From the NCBI GenBank assembly GCA_951406725.2, contig OX597836.1, positions 33,108,001 through 33,172,000 on the forward strand: 64,000 bases of DNA, given 5' to 3'. The notes under the pieces are model-generated. The model was not told the DNA's origin and searched no databases. It saw only the letters and a list, made by a program, of their open reading frames with translations. Positions 11,436 to 24,355 of this stretch are shown here, in pieces. Positions within the stretch are counted from its first letter, which is position 1. Every line of letters begins with the position of its first letter. The position numbers and the translations under genes are program-made. The stretch is from Octopus vulgaris (Eukaryota).

Positions 11436-13550
11436 TATCTCTTATTATAAAAGGCAGATTTTATCTGCCTCCCTTTGTCTCTTATAGAAATCTACAATAT
11501 AGGATTTCTTCAATTACAATTTACCTAGCATATTTAAGAGTAGAATACATCGGGTCGTGCCAGGTCCAGTTTTTAAAATTTCAACCCCAATTAAGCAAAA
11601 TTTCGAGAAAACTCACATTGTGATGTGTAAGTGAAGTGCTTTTCTTAGTGTGGGCTACAGCACACACACACACACACAAAAACGGAGCGATCTGCTTCAC
11701 TCATGCTATCACCCTAATTTCTCCTCCTTTCTCTTTGCAAGTGTGCAACGATTAAAGTGAAAGTATTTATATAAAACGGATCACTCATGCTATCACCCTA
11801 ATTTCTCATACTTTCTCTTTGCAAGTGTACCTTAAACCACTACTAAAAAAAAAAACACAGCAAACAGAAACAAATAAATACATAATGATTTACTCCTCAC
11901 ACAATTTCTTCAATTACAGTTTACCTACAATTTTTACAAGTACTTCCATTCGGTCATGCCATACAAAATTTCTTTCAATTTCACCCCCAATTAAGACAAA
12001 ATTCGAGAAAACTCAATATTTTAACATTTCACTCCAAAAGCATTGATGTACATGTGTGCGTGCGTGAGTGTGTGTGTTTGATGGGGTGTGTGACACAGAA
12101 AGTGTGGTGTGTAAGTGAAGTGCTTTTGTTAGTGTGTGTAAAGAGACAGAGAGAGTAATGTTGTGCTGTGTGTGTATGTGTGAAAGACAGAGATAACTGA
12201 ACTTTTTTTATTCACTTTTTGTAGTGAGTGACTGAGAGAGAAAAGAGAGAGAGAGGTTATGTATGTATATATGTATGTATGGCTTCAGTGACACACATAC
12301 AAAAACACATACCTACATACAACTAAAGCATGCACACACACACACACAAGCGGAGCGCGAACTTCAAAAGAACTTCGCGCGCTATCTATCTGGTTTGCCA
12401 TTCCTCACACACACGCATACACATACATATATGACAGTGACAAACACAAACGTTTCAAACAACTACATACAAACACTCAAACACACACACACACGTGTGT
12501 GTTTGTTATTAGTAAAAAAGGCGCCAAACACAACTCACTTCTCATTCGAACACATTTGCAAAAACACACCGACGGTCGGATTGCCATAACAATACAGAAA
12601 AGGTAAATTGGTTTTTAATTTACTTTCTGTCGTTAAATTTTGGTAGTATTAATTGGCGAGCGTACTTCTGTTGTCAATTGTTGACAGAAAGAAATTGTAA
12701 GCTAATAAGGTGTGTGTGTGTGTGTGTAGGAAGTGAAGGATAAAAATATTGCAAGAAGTGGACAGATGTACATATATACATCCATACATACATGTGTGTG
12801 TGTGTCTATGTATGTGTATTAATGTGTGTGTGTTATCTCTATATAAAGCTGAAGTTGTCTGTGTGCGCCACGTTTGGTAACCTTCAACTAGCACTATCTC
12901 CTCCGAGACCCTGCGGTACAAGTTGACCAAAATTGAAAGTATGATAGAAGGGTTGCTCTTCCTTCCGTAGAACATAAAATTCAAATCGGACCATGTTAAC
13001 ACCAAAAATTATTTACATCAAAAAGCTGCTTTTTTCTACGAAAATCCCTATTTTTTACGATTTTTTCACTGCTGTGTCGCCACTTTTCGGTATATTTCGA
13101 CCAGAAAAATGTTCACAAAATTTTTACTTTTCAAAATTACAATTCCAGCGGGTCGAAACAAACCCGAGCAACGCCGGGCGATACTGCTAGTATATATATA
13201 AAAACGACAATGTCTGTGTGTGTGTCCTTTATACAAATCTACAATTTTTCAGTTAGAGGGCTCACACTTTCTCTGGTCATTTAAAACCGTCCAAGGGTGG
13301 TCGTACACATCTTTACATTTCCCCAGTCACCCTGCAAAGCCATTAAAAAAATCAATAGAAGTGATTTTTGGTGAATTTTCTATCCAAAACCCAATCAAAA
13401 TGCCCAAAACTTAATACGCCAATTGAATGCCACCTAGCTGTATGTGATTGGCCGGAGATTTGGACAGTACTTGTGTGTATGTGCGCATGTATGCAGCTGT
13501 ATATGCATGCACTAGCACTATGACCCGGCAACGCCGGGTCATAGTGCTAG
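11436..13550 (+). mobile_element. cluster of Helitron-type non-autonomous elements (11436-?, 12836-13190, 13191-13550)
   Basis: TC(T)nATATAAA-type 5' ends; GC-rich 3' hairpins followed by CTAG|T at 13190 and 13550. Confidence 0.7.
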
Positions 13551-14926
13551 TATACATATATTACTCACAGACACACGCACATATATTAACGAGCCTGGTA
13601 CAGCTCTCTAGCTTACTAGTTACAGTTAAACCATCTAACCCATGCCAGCATAGAAAACAGGTGCTAAATGATGATGATTTCTTTAATTTTCTTTTACTTG
13701 TTTGTCATTTGACTGTGGCCATACTGGAGCACCGCCTTAAAGTGTTTTTGTAGTCGAACAAATCAACCCCAGGACTTATTCTTTGTAAGCCTAGTATTTG
13801 TTCTATCGACCCCTTTTGCCGAACTACAGGGACGTAAACACACCAACTTCGGTGGTGTGTATATATACATATAAACACACTCACACACACAAATATATAT
13901 ATGTTTATATGAGGATGTGTGTGTCTATGTGTCTTTGTGTTTATCTTTGTTCTACAATCTTGTTTCCATGGGAAACCACTTCATGACTGTTGTTGGTTTG
14001 TTTACGTCCTCATGATTTAGTAATTCAACATAAAAACAATGAAAAACGGTGGGGATGGGGATCAATAGAACAAATCTTTTATCATTCATTTTCTGCTTAT
14101 TTCAATCACAGGACTGTGACCACGCTGGAGCACCACCTTAAAAGGTTTTAGTTAAACAAATCAAGTGAAGGCACATGACTTAGTGGTTAGGGTGTTCGGC
14201 TTGCAATCACAAGGTCGTGAGTTCAATTCCTGGCGACGGGTTGTGTCCTTGAGCAAGACACTTTATTTCACGTTGCTCCAGTCCATTCAGCTAACAATAA
14301 TGAGCCGTACCCGTAATTCAAAGGGGGCCAACCTTGTCACAATCTGTGTCATGCTAAATCTCCCTGAGAACTACATCAAGATTGCACGTGTCTGTGGAGT
14401 GCTCGGCCACATGCAGGCTGTTCTGTTGATTGGATCAACTAGAATCCTCGTCGTCATAACTGATGGAGTACCGGCAAACAAATCAACCTGGGTACTTTTG
14501 TTTTTTAAAGCTTGATACTTATTCTATCAGACTCTTTTGCCAAACTGCTAAGCTATAGGGGTGTAAACAAACCATCACAGGTTGTCAAGCAATGATGGTG
14601 GACAAACACATGTAGACATATGCGTATATATATATAATGGGATTCCATACAGTTTCCATCTACGACATTCGCAAGGGATTGTTTGAGCTGGCACCCAAGT
14701 AAAAGAAAGACACTTGCCCAGGGTGTCTTGTAGTGGGACTGAAACCAGGACCACATGATTGGAAAGCAGGCTTTTTGGGGCTATATTAGAAGATACTTGC
14801 CCAAGGTGGTGCATAGTGGAACAGAACCCAAAACCATATGGTTGCTAAGAGAGCTGCTTAACCACACAGCCAGGATCAGACGGAGACAAGGAGCTGAAAT
14901 TAATTTGATCACTGAAAACTTTGGAG

Positions 14927-15243
14927 GTGATGCCCCAGAATGGCCATTGTCCAATGGATGAAATCAGTAAAAGAGTATTGGTACAGACACTCCCATAATT
15001 GTTTTAAGGAAACACGAAATCAATTTTTTGGTCAAATTTGAAAATTCTGTTGCATTTTCGCCCATGGAAAGTTTTTGGGAAATTGTGATGCCCCAGAATG
15101 GCCATTGTCCAATGGATGAAATCAGTAAAAGGGTATTGGTACAGACACTCCCATAATTGTTTTAAAGAAACACGAAATCAATTTTTTTGGTCAAATTTGA
15201 AAATTCTGTTGCATTTTCGCCCATGGAAAGTCTTTGGGAAATT
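14927..15243 (+). repeat. 158-bp tandem duplication (2 copies)
   Basis: Units start GTGATGCCCCAGAATGG at 14927 and 15085; near identical. Confidence 0.95.
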
Positions 15244-15737
15244 CTAAATGTTACATTCAAAATAAACAAAACCAAAAAGAAAAGAAAAAGCAAAAATAAT
15301 AAATAAAAAAAAGAGGGAAATAAATAAATTCCAAATAAACTTAGAGAAATTCTTTTCGGCATCTTCTTCCAGACAGTGAATAAAGAACTTAATCTACCGA
15401 TTCTTGAGGTTCTGTCTAATTCTGGAGATGAGATTAAATACTGACAGGAAGTAATTATCGAAAAAGTCAACAAATAATACCTCCTCACTCTCTCTTTCTC
15501 TCTCTCTCTCTCTCTTTTGTTTTTCCTTTTTTGTGTCTAAGGAATCCTTAGCCACCCACCTACTCACACACACATACCCGAAAGTATATTACATATGAAC
15601 ACATAATAAAAATAGGAAAAATCAAATAAAATGCATACGTGTGTGTGTGTGTGTGTGTGTATATATAGATACACACACTTATCTATATATACACACATAA
15701 ATAGATGCAAAGATAAATATATACATATATAGGTAAT

Positions 15738-15774
<37 letters not shown>

Positions 15775-16679
15775 TTGCATCTCCTTGTGTATGTATACAC
15801 ACACACACACACAGAGATTTGTATGTATGAGAGTAGGGACGTGTGTGTATGTACATGTATGTGTTTGTATTTATATATGTGTGTGTATATATATTTATGT
15901 AAAAGTACATGCACATGTTTAACTGGGTGTCTGCATAAGTACCTCTAATACCCTGATGCAATGGAAGGGTGTAATATTTATTTTATTAAATATTTATTTA
16001 TTTATTCACTTAAAAAAAAATTACAATTTATTATTACATAATTTATTTAGTTAGGCATATTTCTGTATATACATTCATATATTTATTGTATTAAAGCATG
16101 CATATATATATATACATACATTCTCATACATACACACATATATATATTTACCATGTGTTTTTAAAGACTGAACAACATTGTGCATGTTTGTTTTAAACCA
16201 AATATTAATCAATTGTTTTGTTTATGCTCTTCTTCTCCCTGGGCCTTTGACATCTTCTTCCATGGAGGACTCATCTCTGCTGTCTATTTTACTTAACTTC
16301 TTAACTGTGAAATTAAATTTCACAATTATTCCAGTAATGATATTAAATATCTACCAAAAATAGGATTGGCATTTTCTGCAAGTCACATAGAAGTTGTGCG
16401 ATTAAACTCACTGTATCTCAATAGAAATAGTTTCAAACACTGCGTGCTTTAGCTTCATTACTATAGCAACAGTCCAGGTACTTATTGATCAGCCCTTGTA
16501 TATGCATGTGTATATATATATATATATATAGGAAGGGCATCCAGCTGTAGAAACATTGCCAGATAAGACCGGAGCCTGGTGCAGCCTTCTGGCTTCCCAG
16601 ATCCCCGGTCGAACCGTCCAACTCATGCTAGCATGGAGAACGGATGTTAAACGATGATGATGATGATATATATATATAT

Positions 16680-17845
16680 TATCATCAGCATTGTTTAACA
16701 TCCACTTTCCATGCTGCCATGAGTTGGACGGTTTGACTGAGGACTGGCAAAGCCAGAAGGCTCCAATCTGATCTGGCGAGGCTTCTACAGCTGGATGTCC
16801 TCCCTAATGCCAACCACTCCGAGAGTGTAGTGGGTGCTTTTTACATGCCAGTCAGGCAGTATTGGCATTGGCCACAACAATGATTTCACTTGACTCAACA
16901 GCTCTTCGCAAGCACGGTTTATTGTCCAATGATTGAAGGGTACTATTAAATGGGCCAGTTATGCTACACTGGAAAAGGCCATGGTTACGGTCTCACTTGG
17001 CTTGCAGGGTCTTCTCATGCACAGCATACCTCCAAAGTTCTCAGTCACTTATCATCGCCTCTGTGAGGCCCAACATTCGATGGTTGTGCTTCACCACCTC
17101 ATCCCAGGTCTTCCTGGGTCTACCTCTTCTACAGGTTCCCTCCACTGTTAGGGTCTGATACTTTTTCATAAAGCTGTCCTCATCCATACGCAACAAATGA
17201 CCATACCAGCACAGTCGTCTCTATTGCACACATCTGATGCTTCTTATGTCCAACTTTTCTCTCAGGACTGTCGTGTTTGCACACTGACATTACACATCCA
17301 GTGGAGCATACAAACTTCTTTTCTCACTAGCTTATGCATGTCCTCAGCAGTCACTGCCATGTAGCATGGCTGTTTGCACACATGCATCATACAGTCTGCA
17401 TTTCATTCTGAGTGAGAGGCCCTTTGTCACCAGCAGAGGTAGGAGCTCCCTGAACTTTGTTCAGGCTATTCTTATTCTAGCAGCTACACTTTCAGAGCAT
17501 CCACCCCTGCTACTGACTTGGTCCCCTAGGTAACGGAAGCTATCAACTACTTTTAGTTTTTCTCCCGGGCATGTGACGGAAGCTGTTTTCTGCATATTTT
17601 CAGTGTTTGTTGCTCTTGTGCATTTGCCACACACAAAACTATCTTCCCAGTTAACCTTTCTTTGATATTGCTGCACCTCTTATGTGCCCATGGCTTGCAT
17701 TGGGTACATATTGTGGAGTTTATACCTATACTTTTTCTACAGATCGAGCAAGGCCATTTACCTGAAGGGATTTGTGATTTGTCTGCCTTCTTACTTACTA
17801 AGACCTTGGTTTTTGCTAGATTCACTCTAATGCCCTTCAGTTCAA
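16680..17845 (-). mobile_element. 5'-truncated RTE-type LINE (RT C-terminus with PHD-like Cys/His cluster and 3' UTR)
   Basis: MNLAKTKVLV...CSICRKSIGINSTICTQCKPWAHKRC...VCGKC...VVDSFRYLGDQVSS...ARIRIA; GRPRKTW; ends in a (GAT)n-like tail. Confidence 0.85.
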
Positions 17846-17850
17846 GACCT

Positions 17851-17901
<51 letters not shown>

Positions 17902-18501
17902 CTGTCTTTATCACTCCACCATTCCTTGATAACCGATGCAAAAGAGACCGGTAGAATAGAAGCTTACAAAGAATAAGTCCTGGAGTCGATCTCTTTGACT
18001 AAAACCCCTTAAGGCGATGCTCCAGTGTGGCCACAGTCAAATGACTGAAATACGTAAAATAAGAAAAGAGTACATCCAAGCATTAGGAATGGTATCCAGC
18101 CATAGAAACCATCTCACAAAATACAATTGGTGCCTGGACTGCTCTGTCAAACTTTCCAACCCATGCCAGCATGGAAAGTGGACATTAAATGATGATGATG
18201 ATGATAATGAATATATATTATATGGTAAGGCTTCAACGTGTAGAAGAACACTTGAACAGCTAAGAGAGTAAAGATAATATAATAATAAAACCACAGTTCT
18301 TGTTAAATACAAATACCCAGGGTTTCCTGGTTGAAACAATAGTTTTCTAGTCTTCTGTTTTGAGATATATATATACATACACACACACATATAATTTAAT
18401 TCTGTATGTTTGGTTATTTTCATCTGTCTTACCCGCTTTTGTTCTGGTGTTTGCTGAATTTCTCTAGAGAACATTCTTTTCTTTGTAGTTTGATCGTAGA
18501 T

Positions 18502-19673
18502 CAGGGGTGGGCAAACTACGGCCCGCGGGCCGCATGCGGCCCGCCATAGGTTTTCATGCGGCCCGCCGAGAGATTTATGAATCCCAATTCCAAAATCTAA
18601 AAAAATTTGCAAGAAAGATGTTTGTGTTGTTTGCATCAACTTACATATGTGAGTGGAGGCGCAATGGCCCAGTGGTTAGGGCAGCGGACTTGCAGTAGTA
18701 GGATCGCAGTTTCGATTCCCAGACTGGGCGTTGTGAGTGTTTATTGAGCGAAAACACCTAAAGCTCCACGAGGCTCCGGCAGGGATGGTGGTGATCCCTG
18801 CTGTACACTTTCACCACAACTTTCTCTCACTCTTACTTCCTGTTTCTGTTGTACCTGTATTTCAAAAGGGCCGGCCTTGTCACTCTCTGTGTCATGCTGA
18901 ATATCCCCGAGAACTACGTTAAGGATACACGTGTCTGTGGAGTGCTCAGCCACTTACACGTTAATTTCACAAGCAGGCTGTTCCGTTGATCGGATCAACA
19001 GGAACCCTCGTCATCGTAACCGACGGAGTGCTTCCACATATGTGAGCAGACTTTCTCCATCATGAAAATTAACAAGGGGAAGAATCGATCACTTCTCACA
19101 GACTCAAATCTTCAGTCAGTGTTAAGAATCAGCACAAGCAACTTGACACCTAATTTTGACAAACTGGTAAATGACAGTAGTCAGCTGCATCATTCTCATT
19201 GACATTGTTATTTACAGAGCCGCTTTGTTTTTCAAATAAATGTTTCAGGTGACGTTTCTAATTTCAGATATCAATTCATATTATTTTGGGTATCCTAGAA
19301 TTTAAGTATAATATTCATCATGGTTGTCCATAATATTAAGAGGTGGTTGTCCACAATTAGTGCAGATTTTACTAGGAAAATTCCGTTCCTGGCAATTTGT
19401 AAGCAATAACAGGCTGTCCAAAATAACCGAGGATCCTGTAATAATTTCAACTATAGGAGCAAATAACCGAAAAACATGAACCCGATACTCTAAAAAATAA
19501 ATTAAATCACTTAAACCAGGAATATTTCACAAAATTTCCTTTCAATCATTTGTGTGTTTATAGGTCTATAACCGCCTTTAAATATATTTTCACTTGATTT
19601 TTATAAATGAGGCCCGCCAAGGTTCCAAAGACGCACTGTGCGGCCTGCGATCAAAAAAGTTCGCCCACCCCTG
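18502..19673 (+). mobile_element. non-autonomous hAT element with transposase C-terminal remnant
   Basis: TIR CAGGGGTGGGC; TSD TCGTAGAT/TCATAGAT; remnant FARKMFVLFASTYICE|QTFSIMKINKGKNRSLLTDSNLQSVLRIST (hAT dimerisation region). Confidence 0.9.
18654..19035 (+). mobile_element. tRNA-derived SINE (family C), full length
   Basis: A box TGGCCCAGTGG, B box GTTTCGATTCC; 11-bp TSD ACATATGTGAG; relatives at 52376-52769(-), 14175-14470, 34540-34830, 39330-39680, 51130-51440, 62130-62430. Confidence 0.9.
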
Positions 19674-20040
19674 TCATAGATGATCTTCTTCTAGCATATT
19701 GGATGTCCACTTAGTGGTCATCCCTTATACGCATATACACATATATACATACGTACATGCACACATATATACACACAGATATATATATATATATGGCGTT
19801 AGGAAGGGCATCCAGCCGTAGAAACATTGCCAGATCAGACTGGGCCTGGTGCAGCCTTCTGGCTTCCCAGACCCCAGTTGCACCGTCCAACCCATGCCAG
19901 CATGGAAAGCGGACGCTAAACAATGATGATGATGATGATGATATATACATACATACACAGATATATGTATATACACACACACACAGATATATATATATAT
20001 ATACACACACAGACACACACCACACACATATATTCATATA

Positions 20041-20658
20041 TCTATACATATAAATTTGACATGGGTGATTCTTTTTTGTCTTGGAATTCACGGTCAAATG
20101 GCTGGGTGGAATTGCACGAAAAATTACACACTTGTAGAATGATCCGGTGGTGCTGCTGGGCTTTGTAATTTTTTTCATAGCTCCCATGGTTACCGAGATA
20201 ATCTACTATAATAATACTCTTGTGTTCATGAATGGGAAAGGAAGGGGTGATAAATGAATAAAGAAGGAAGTGGGCGATGTCATACTTTGTAGTGGGATGA
20301 TGAAAATTGTACGCTGAAAAAATTAATCAAATGGCGTTTCAACTCTGTGAATATGTGTGTGTATGTAAAAGGGGGGTATGTGAATGTGTGTGTATATGCA
20401 TATGCGCGCGCAATGGAAGTGGGATTGTTCATCTTTGTTTGCTTAGTATTTGGGTTTATTTTTTGATTTGGTTGAATCTTGGCTGGTATTTTCTTTTGTC
20501 TTTTGTTGGTCAGTTATTTTTATCGTTTTGACAGGAAAAAGTCATTCTAAAATTGTTTTTCAATGTAAGCGTGCCCAAACAAGTCGAATGCTTACACAGA
20601 GCAGGTTTTACAGCCACATCATCCAAACCGACTGGGTGAAACCAGGCTTAGCTGCTAG
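20041..20658 (+). mobile_element. Helitron-type non-autonomous element
   Basis: A|TCTATACATATAAA start; 3' hairpin CTGGGTGAAACCAG and GCTAG|T end. Confidence 0.55.
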
Positions 20659-20690
20659 TATATATACATATATATATACATATATATATA

Positions 20691-20836
20691 TATAAGTAAA
20701 TAAATGGAGTTGAACGCAGATGTTATTAAAATTCTTTTACTTTCGACATATGTTAAAACCAATGTTGTCTTCGAAACATGTCGAAAGTAAAAGAATTTTA
20801 ATAACATCTGCGTTCAACTCCATTTATTTACTTATA
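20691..20836. repeat. perfect 59-bp inverted repeat with 28-nt spacer
   Basis: 20691-20749 is the exact reverse complement of 20778-20836. Confidence 0.95.
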
Positions 20837-20996
20837 CAAAACAAATTACTGCACATTAATCCGGAGTTTCTACCTTTGAATAGGTCGCTTCATCCGTGTT
20901 ACTTGCGTGAATTTTGCTACCCTGGTAACTGTTTATTGAATTTTCCATGTTTACGGTAAACAAAGGATAATTCATTCATCCATTTACATATATATA

Positions 20997-21403
20997 CTCT
21001 TTTACTCTTTTACTTGTTTCAGTCATTTGACTGCGGCCATGCTGGAGCACCGCCTTTAGTCGAGCAAATCGACATCGGAACTTATTCTTTGTAAGCCCAG
21101 TACTTATTCTATCGGTCTCTTTTGCCGAACCGCTAAGTGACGGGGATGTAAACACACCAGCATCGGTTGTCAGGTAATGCTAGGGGGACAAACACAGGCA
21201 CACAAACACATACATATATATATATATATACATATATACGACAGGCTTCTTTCAGTTTCCGTCTACCAAATCCACTCACAAGGCATTGGTCGGCCCGGGG
21301 CTATAGCAGAAGACACTTGCCCAAGATGCCACGCAGTGGGACTGAACCCGGAACCATGTGGTTGGTTAGCAAGCTACTTACCACACAGCCACTCCTGCGC
21401 CTA
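20997..21403 (-). mobile_element. tRNA-derived SINE (family A), full length
   Basis: Head GGCGCAGGAGTGGCTGTGTGGTAAG...GGTTCAGTCCC, internal (TA/TG)n, tail ...GACTGAAACAAGTAAAAGAG; many copies in window. Confidence 0.9.
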
Positions 21404-23419
21404 TATATATATATATATATATGAGAGAGGGAGAGACTGGGTATATATACACATATGCATGCAACATACATCAACAAACATTTTTCACAAGCAAAACCTT
21501 TATATTTAACGGGGGAAGAATGAAGTGAAAAAAAATCTTCCAGAATCTAATTTAAGCCCTTTGTAGTTTCATTTATATTTTTATGTCTCCCTTAAAAGAA
21601 ATTTCAAAATGAAGAATATGGAAGCGGTAAGTCTGAACAAATTAGTTTGGCTTAATGGTTCTGTCTGAAGAATCGGCAGTGAAGAAATTGGCCAATAGGA
21701 GCTATGCTTTATTACTGTACATGATAGCATGAAACGGGAAAAGAGAATAGCGAGGAAATCCCCCCCGATTAACGAACCAAACATAGAAATTCCTTACCAA
21801 AAATTTTGTGGGAGGGTGGCTGGTGTATATATGTGTGTGTGTGTACTTACACAAACACACATAAATTATGTGTATATCAATCTATTTTTATCTATCTGTT
21901 TGCTTATCTATCTATCTGTCTATATATATATACACACGTGTGCTTGTGTGTATATATATGTCTTGTGTGTGTGGGTGTATATATATACATACATATGTAC
22001 CTATATATATATATATATACACACACGTGTGCTTGTGTGTGTATATATATACATACATATATACCTATATATATGTATATATATACACACACACACACAC
22101 ACATATATATAATTGAAGAAAGATATTCTTAAATTAACAACTTTATTTTATAAGAAAATCTTAAAGAAATAGAATAAAAGTCTTTTGGAAAGATGTGTTT
22201 TTATGTGTAAAGCACTTACACATTTTGCTGTTTACATCTTTTCTTGTACTTTGCTTTTCATAGTTGATCATTTTCTCTCTTGTTTTTCTGAAAAATAGCA
22301 ATATTTTAAATTTTCTATCTGCACAAATGTCTTGTTGTTCACTATTTGAAACATTTCCAAGACATATAGATTTGATTTGTTGCTTATGTATCCATACTCA
22401 ATTTATTAATTTTTATCCTGTTTGTCCGATGTAATCCTCATTGTGTGTACACGATGCAGTAAATGTTTTTTTGTTTTACAATTCATATTTGCATTAACCT
22501 TCAATTCCTTCTCATTCTTGTGTATTTTGGTTGTCACCTGTTCAACAATTTCACATGTCCCAGAACAAAGGTCTTGACATTTTGTCACATCTTTTGATTT
22601 GAATTTTGCCATTTTTATGAGCCTTTGAAGAATTGGTGGTTATCTTTGGTTGTTGTTAATTTGTGATTCTTCAGTTATTTTCTGAGATTTGATGATTTTA
22701 TGATTGTCGCCCCAACATTGCCTGACAACTGATGCTGGTGTGTTTACATCCCTGTAGTTTAGCGGTTCAGAAAAAGAGATCTGGAAGGTAAAATATGGCT
22801 GAATATAAGAAGTTATGGTTTTTTTGGATTATGGATAATTACAAATGGAATTCTTTTACTTGTTTCAGTCATTTGACTGTGGCCATACTGGAGCATCAAC
22901 TTGAAGGGTTTTAGTAGAACAAATCGACCCTAGGACATATTGTTTCTAAGTACTTATTCTATCAGTCTCTTTTGCTGTACTGCAAAGTTATGGGGATGTC
23001 AACACACTAACACCAACTGCCAAGTGGTGTGAGGGGACAGACACACACACACACATATATATATATAATAGGCTTCTTTCAGTTTCTGTCTACCAAATCC
23101 ACTCACAAGGCTTTGGTCGGCCCAAGGCTATAGAAGACACTTACCCAGGGTGCCACAGAATGGGACTTCTTGTTTGTTTTCTTTTTCTCCTCATTGAGAG
23201 GATTTCTTTCACCCTGTTTATGGTTTTTCAGGTAGTTTTGTTTCCGAAGGAATATATTTGGTGCTTTTGCCCTTTTTCTCCCTTCCCTACACGCAGTATC
23301 TCTCTTTCTCATTCATCTATACCTTTGTTACACCGGTGCTGCTCTCCACCTTTCCTCTTCTGTTGCTGACCAATTCCTCCTTTCTCAGTCATTTCTATTT
23401 CCTTCACCTTTGATAATGA

Positions 23420-23710
23420 ACCCCCTTCGATAATGAATGACCATGGGATTGCTCCAAGAAATTTACCCTCTGAGGGATATATCTGGGCAAGGTTGTTTAT
23501 ATGTCCAGCCATCGACCCATGCATATCAGCATTCCCACCCTGTGTCACCAATGTTATCCAAGTGAAAGGCAAAAGCGGATACAGCTTGACATCGCAACTC
23601 ATTTCTATAGCAGAGTGAACTGGGGCAAAGTGAAATAAAGTGTCTTGCTCAAGAACACAACACACAGCCCAGTGCGGGAATCAAACTCGCAACCTCATGA
23701 TTGTGAACCC
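23420..23710 (-). mobile_element. tRNA-derived SINE (family D)
   Basis: Matches 63268-63571 and 38423-38875; shared GACCATGGGATTGC...GTGTCTTGCTCAAGAACACAAC. Confidence 0.75.
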
Positions 23711-23925
23711 AATTAGAACTTAGATAAACAAATTATTTTTTATTAAACATAATTAGTCCTGGAACCTTTTGATACCACCTCATAATTAAACATTTAATGA
23801 GCAAGAAAATCATTAGTGCAAATAGCACATCTTGTCAAAAAAATGGGTAAGGGTGGGAGGCTGAGAAGTATGAAATTTAAATTCATTAAAGATTAGAGAT
23901 TTTCTGTGGAAAGTGTTTGAATTTT

Positions 23926-24355
23926 GGTACTTGCAGGGGTAACTATGGATATGTTTCAGCCTTAACAAACCTTCTCAGCAAAACACAGAATTGTTAGACT
24001 TCAGAATGACTTAGAGAGATCAGAGCTTCTATATTCCTTCTATTGCTTAGTTGGGAGAGAAGGAAGACCTCTTGCCCCAACAGTTGGAATAAGGCTCAAG
24101 TAGGCCACGATAGGATTTGAATTCAGAATGGAAAGAGTGGGGTACTTGCAGGGGTAACTATGGATATGTTTCAGCCTTAACAAACCTTCTCAGCAAAACA
24201 CAGAATTGTTAGACTTCAGAATGACTTGGAAAGATCAGAGCTTCTATATTCCTTCTATTGCTTAGTTGGGAGAGAAGGAAGACCTCTTGCCCCAACAGCT
24301 GGAATAAGGCTCAAGTAGGCCACAGTAGGATTTGAATTCAGAATGGAAAGAGTGG
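23926..24355 (+). repeat. 215-bp tandem duplication (2 copies)
   Basis: Units start GGTACTTGCAGGGGTAAC at 23926 and 24141; only a few substitutions. Confidence 0.95.

Noticed and set aside
18037-18639. 200-aa ORF
   Set aside because: It is a chimera of hAT terminus, microsatellite and RTE tail sequence.
18654-18730. tRNA gene
   Set aside because: A/B boxes are present, but the sequence continues into a SINE body bounded by TSDs and has multiple dispersed copies.
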